From Phycisphaerales bacterium (GTDB lineage Bacteria; Planctomycetota; Phycisphaerae; Phycisphaerales; UBA1924), in the NCBI GenBank assembly GCA_028289195.1, contig JANQQR010000004.1, forward strand, positions 1 to 39,699: a stretch of 39,699 nt of DNA. The letters run 5' to 3'. The notes under the pieces were generated by a model that was given only the letters and a program-made list of their open reading frames with translations, was not told the DNA's origin and did no database searches. Position 1 is the stretch's first letter. The number at the start of each line of letters is the position of its first letter. A program made the position numbers and the translations under genes. This document shows, piece after piece, positions 35,978 to 39,699 of this stretch.

Positions 35978-36823
35978 CTACTTGCCGGCGTAGTCGATCA
36001 CCCGGGCGATCTCGTCGCGCAGGTCGCGTCGATGAACGACGCGATCGACCATTCCCTTCTCGAGCAGGAACTCCGCCGTCTGGAACCCCTCGGGGAGCTC
36101 CTGGCGGATCGTCTGCTGGATGACACGCGGCCCGGCGAATCCGACCAGCGCCTCGGGCTCCGCGAAGATCACGTCTCCGAGCATTGCGAAGCTGGCGCTC
36201 ACGCCGCCCGTGGTGGGGTCGGTCAGCACGCTGATGAACAACCCGCCGGCGTCGTCGAAGCGGGCCAGGGCCGCGGAGGTTTTGGCCATCTGCATGAGGC
36301 TCAGGCCGGACTCCTGCATACGGGCGCCGCCGGAGCAGCTGACCACGACGAGCGGGAGGTCGTTGTCGGTCGCGTGCTCGATCGCGCGGGTGAGCTTCTC
36401 GCCCACCACGCTCGACAGCGTTCCCATGAAGAACTTCAGGTCCAGGCAGGCCAGCATCGCGGGGCGGCCCTTGATGAACGCCTTGCCGGTCTGCACACCC
36501 TCTCGCTGGCCCGTCCGCTGCTGCTCAGCTTTCAGCCGCGCCGTGTACGGCTTGAGATCGGTGAACTTGAGCGGGTCGGTCGTGACCAGCCCCGTGAACA
36601 TGGGCTCGAACGAATCGTCGTCCGCCAGCTGGTCAACGCGGACCGTGGCGCCGATCCGGTAGTGGTGATCACACTCCGGGCAGACGTGCAGGTTGGCCTG
36701 CATCTGCTTGCGATAGATCATCGCGCCGCAGCCGTCGCAGCGCATCCACAGCCCTTCGGGCACCTTCGTGCTCTTCCCGGTGCCGGACTGCGACCACGTC
36801 GTGCGGGCTGTTGTCTGTGACAT
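35978..36823 (-). CDS. accD: Acetyl-CoA carboxylase carboxyltransferase beta subunit
   Basis: N-terminal zinc finger CDGCGAMIYRKQMQANLHVCPECDHH, then the carboxyltransferase domain (LPLVVVSCSGGARMQE). Start set to ATG 36823, with a GGAGA SD. Confidence 0.9.
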   Translation of the reverse strand: MSQTTARTTWSQSGTGKSTKVPEGLWMRCDGCGAMIYRKQMQANLHVCPECDHHYRIGATVRVDQLADDDSFEPMFTGLVTTDPLKFTDLKPYTARLKAEQQRTGQREGVQTGKAFIKGRPAMLACLDLKFFMGTLSSVVGEKLTRAIEHATDNDLPLVVVSCSGGARMQESGLSLMQMAKTSAALARFDDAGGLFISVLTDPTTGGVSASFAMLGDVIFAEPEALVGFAGPRVIQQTIRQELPEGFQTAEFLLEKGMVDRVVHRRDLRDEIARVIDYAGK

Positions 36824-37035
36824 GCGCTGAGGTCTCCGAGTCTGGTACCGGCCGCGGTGCGTCCTGCTTGGCCGGCTCTCCCTTCTTGGGACGGGCGGGC
36901 GAGCGGTCTCGCCGGCTTCACGTAGTCCCAGATCCCTCACGCTCCGAGAGCGTTATCCCCATCGGGTCATCGGCGTAGAGCGTACGCCTCAGCCACGATC
37001 GCGTCTATCAGCCCTATCAAAACCCAACTGTGAGG

Positions 37036-37665
37036 TCAGGCCTTGGCCTTGAGCTCTTCGAGGGTCGTCCGGATCAACTCGCGATCGATCCGCAGGTGCA
37101 CCGTCTGGGGCCCGTCGTCCAGGAACGCCCAGAGCTCGGAGTTGGGACGCCCCCGCAGCCAGCAGTTCACCAGGCCGAAGCTGAACGGCCGGAGCACGAG
37201 CGCGACCGGCTTGCCGTTGGCCTTCTCGAGCACCTTGCTCACGGCCAAGCGCAGCCGGTGGCTCAGTTCGTCGAACGACTCACCCTCGGGCGGGTTCACC
37301 GAGTCGGGGCGATCCCGCCACTCCTTGTAGGCCGTCGGGAAGCGGTCCATGAGCTGGCTCTCGAGGAGCCCGTCCCACACGCCCAGATCCATGCCCTGCA
37401 GGGCCCGGGCGACCTTCACCTTGGTGCCCGTCTGCTCGGCGATGAGCTTGGCGGTCTCGACGCTGGCCTCGTCGGGCCCGCTGTGAACCGCGGCGAGGAA
37501 CGTGCCGTTCAGTTCCTGAGCGAGGTCGGACACGCCGGCTTCGACCGCCTGACGCCCGGCCTCGCTCAGCGGGAGGTCGGTGCGCCCCTGGAGGCGTCCG
37601 CCGTCGTCCCAATCGGTGCGTCCGCACCGCACAAGCACGACCTGGATTTCCGAGGGTTTGGCCAT
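37036..37665 (-). CDS. Histidine phosphatase family protein (phosphoglycerate mutase-like)
   Basis: VVLVRCGRTDWD matches the RHG-x-T-x-W catalytic motif variant. About 209 aa. Start set to ATG 37665. Confidence 0.75.
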   Translation of the reverse strand: MAKPSEIQVVLVRCGRTDWDDGGRLQGRTDLPLSEAGRQAVEAGVSDLAQELNGTFLAAVHSGPDEASVETAKLIAEQTGTKVKVARALQGMDLGVWDGLLESQLMDRFPTAYKEWRDRPDSVNPPEGESFDELSHRLRLAVSKVLEKANGKPVALVLRPFSFGLVNCWLRGRPNSELWAFLDDGPQTVHLRIDRELIRTTLEELKAKA

Positions 37666-37782
37666 TCGCTTCCGTGAGTGATCTATCGTCGGGAAAGAGG
37701 GTCCGCCCCGGTCCGAAGGGCCGTAAGCATAGCACCGAGATGACACGCGTCGACCCCCGGAATGGGGCCCTTGCCCGGTCGG

Positions 37783-38538
37783 TCACGCCCCGGAAACAGG
37801 GCTCTCTCCGCCTCGAAGCTCCGACACGAGTTCGGGCCACAGGTCCGGTAGTTTGGAGAAGATGGCGGACCCCGCGACAAGCACGTCGCACCCCGCCTCG
37901 CGTACGCGAGGAGCCGTGTCAGGCCCGATACCTCCGTCCATCTGCAGGCGCTGATCGGGCCTCAGTCGGGAGGAGATCGCGCGGGTCTTCTCCAGCACGC
38001 CATCGATGAACGCCTGGCCCCCGAACCCCGGATTGACGCTCATGACCAGGACGAGATCGAACGCGTCGAGCATGTCGAACGACGACTCCGCCGGGGTTCC
38101 GGGGTTGATCGCAAGCCCTGCCGTCATTCCCGCGCTCCGCACCCGACCGGCCAGTTCGACGCAGTCGTAGCCCTCGCTCAGCGGGCTCAACCCGGCGCCC
38201 GCGCGCGGGTCGAGCGCCGGCTCGAGATGGAACGTCAGGTGGTCCGCGCCCGCGTCAGCGAACGGCTCCACGTACTGCTGCGGGTCCGTGACCATTACGT
38301 GGACATCGAGGAACGCCTCGGGCAGCGCGGCTCTCAGGCTCGCCACCGTCGCCGGCCCGATCGTGAGGTTGGGCACGAAGTGGCCGTCCATGACGTCGAC
38401 GTGGAGCAGGTCCGAGCCGCCGTCGTCTAGCACGCGCCGGCAGTCTCGCGCCAGGTTGGCGAAGTCCGCCGACAGGATCGACGGCGCGACCAGCGGCAGG
38501 CGCGGCGGAGCGGTGAACAGGTTCTCGATGCGTGCCAT
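37783..38538 (-). CDS. rpe: Ribulose-phosphate 3-epimerase
   Basis: PSILSADFANL...HVDVMDGHFVPNLTIG...MSVNPGFGGQ is RPE-family. Start set to ATG 38538. Confidence 0.9.
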   Translation of the reverse strand: MARIENLFTAPPRLPLVAPSILSADFANLARDCRRVLDDGGSDLLHVDVMDGHFVPNLTIGPATVASLRAALPEAFLDVHVMVTDPQQYVEPFADAGADHLTFHLEPALDPRAGAGLSPLSEGYDCVELAGRVRSAGMTAGLAINPGTPAESSFDMLDAFDLVLVMSVNPGFGGQAFIDGVLEKTRAISSRLRPDQRLQMDGGIGPDTAPRVREAGCDVLVAGSAIFSKLPDLWPELVSELRGGESPVSGA

Positions 38539-38549
38539 CGGGCGACAGG

Positions 38550-39284
38550 CTACGCGAGGGCCGCCCGGCTTGCCGCGCACGTCCGGGCGAATCGCTCGTA
38601 GATCGCGCCGCCCAGGGCCGGATCGTCCGTCCGCTCGGGGTGCCACTGCACGCCGAGATAGAAGGGTCGCTCCGGATCGTCGATCGCTTCAATGATCGAG
38701 TCCGGGGACCGCGCGACCACGCGCATCGCGCCGGCGTCGGAAACGGCCTGCCGATGCCAGCTCGTCACGGCGCCGAGCCGGCGCCCGACCTCTCCGGCCG
38801 GGGCCAGCACGCTGTCCCCCGGGATCGAAGCAACCACATCGTGCCTGCGATCGTCCATGTGGTCGGCGTGGGTGGGCGTCGTCTCGGGCATGTGTTGATC
38901 GAGCGCGCCTCCGGCGTGGAGGGCCATGTACTGCATCCCGAGGCACACTCCGAGCACGGGCACGTCCGGGCGCCGGTCGAGCGCTTCCAGCAGCCCGAGC
39001 TCGAGCGCCTGGCGGGCGCTGTCTTCGGGCGTTGCCGCGTCGTGGGTGGGGGCCCCGAATGCTTCGGTGATCGGGTCGAACCCGCCGCTGAGGACCACGC
39101 CGTCGACGCTGTCGAGCAGCGATGCAGCGTGCTCGGCCAGGTCGACCGTGTCCTGGCGCGGAGCGGCGAACAGCACCGGGACGCACCCGGCGCCGGCGAT
39201 CGCGTCGACATACGAGCGCCGCACGCGCGCATCGCGCTCATCGAGCCTGCAGGTGATCCCGATCAGTGGCCGGCGTTCGCCCAT
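38550..39284 (-). CDS. Class I glutamine amidotransferase-like hydrolase (peptidase C26 / gamma-glutamyl-GABA hydrolase family)
   Basis: LIGIT...GVCLGMQ (nucleophile Cys)...VQWHPE (His) triad layout. Its stop lies 11 nt before the rpe start. Confidence 0.8.
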   Translation of the reverse strand: MGERRPLIGITCRLDERDARVRRSYVDAIAGAGCVPVLFAAPRQDTVDLAEHAASLLDSVDGVVLSGGFDPITEAFGAPTHDAATPEDSARQALELGLLEALDRRPDVPVLGVCLGMQYMALHAGGALDQHMPETTPTHADHMDDRRHDVVASIPGDSVLAPAGEVGRRLGAVTSWHRQAVSDAGAMRVVARSPDSIIEAIDDPERPFYLGVQWHPERTDDPALGGAIYERFARTCAASRAALA

Positions 39285-39327
39285 GAGAGCATTGTCGTCT
39301 GTCGGGCGCCCCGGCGCCCACACTCGC

Positions 39328-39642
39328 TCAGGAGCCGGTGCCGTCGCCGAACCGCCCGGCCTCGCCGAGCTCGGCCTCGAGCATCGCGGCGGTGACAGGT
39401 TCCTGGGCCTCGCGGACGATGCTCTTGGCAGCTTCGAACGCCGGTTCGCGCACCAGGAAGCGGACCTCGAGCGGATCCTCGACCCAGAGCACCCGGCGCA
39501 CCGCCGCTTCCTCGCGCTCGTTCCCGATGAACGCCACGAGGCTGTCGCGCTGGCGACGCAGAACCTTCGCCGCAGGGCCCGTGAAATCGAGGCGCGTGCG
39601 CGGGATCTCCTGGCCGGATTCGGTGAAGAACCGGTAATGCAC
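39328..39642 (-). CDS. Hypothetical protein (104 aa, GTG start), upstream of the GATase1-rpe genes
   Basis: Strong GC3 bias. In-frame stop upstream at 39694-39696 bounds the ORF. No recognisable domain. The alternative overlapping ORF (39263..39694) is Arg-rich junk. Confidence 0.45.
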   Translation of the reverse strand: MHYRFFTESGQEIPRTRLDFTGPAAKVLRRQRDSLVAFIGNEREEAAVRRVLWVEDPLEVRFLVREPAFEAAKSIVREAQEPVTAAMLEAELGEAGRFGDGTGS

Positions 39643-39699
39643 GTACGGCGCGACGGTGCCGTCGTGGCCCCGGTCCGTGGCGCCGTACGTGCATTACCG

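Noticed and set aside
39263-39694. 143-aa minus-strand ORF overlapping the 39328..39642 ORF in another frame
   Set aside because: An Arg-rich (RRHRRAVR...) low-complexity product. The alternative frame has protein-like composition and strong GC3 bias.

Overview
High-GC (about 68%) chromosomal window, most consistent with a Planctomycetota genome. The basis is two tandem DUF1559 (H-X9-DG) prepilin-like genes, a MoxR ATPase, two groEL paralogs (one with a GGM tail), a flotillin-like protein, a Hanks kinase with a GspE-N-like region, and flagellins. I call about 44 protein-coding genes on both strands. I find no rRNA, tRNA, CRISPR array, transposase or integrase. Many long antisense ORFs in the six-frame track are high-GC artefacts, and several track starts are GTG or TTG that I re-anchored to internal ATGs with Shine-Dalgarno support. 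Content in order: two tandem flagellin paralogs (the first 5'-truncated); an SDR oxidoreductase; a signal-anchored hypothetical; a divergent pgi/hpt pair; two tandem secreted beta-helix paralogs; a CDGSH Fe-S protein downstream of MoxR; a zinc-ribbon membrane protein; a heat-shock supercluster (groEL1, a novel 178-aa ORF, groES, groEL2, dnaJ, grpE, an FmdB zinc-ribbon protein, and a second zinc-ribbon membrane protein); acpS preceded by an 8-bp microsatellite; an acidic membrane protein; a small basic protein with an aminotransferase; gapA; a flotillin-like SPFH protein; a Ser/Thr kinase; RidA; two DUF1559 genes; a fructosamine kinase; miaB; dacB (PBP4); a tRNA-binding protein; accD; a histidine phosphatase; rpe; a GATase1/C26 hydrolase; and a small hypothetical. 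The features worth most attention are a near-consensus sigma54 -24/-12 element with an upstream palindrome in front of groEL1, the unknown gene embedded between groEL1 and groES, paired zinc-ribbon membrane proteins bracketing the chaperone cluster, the tandem beta-helix secreted paralogs with shared terminal motifs, and the MoxR-CDGSH pairing.
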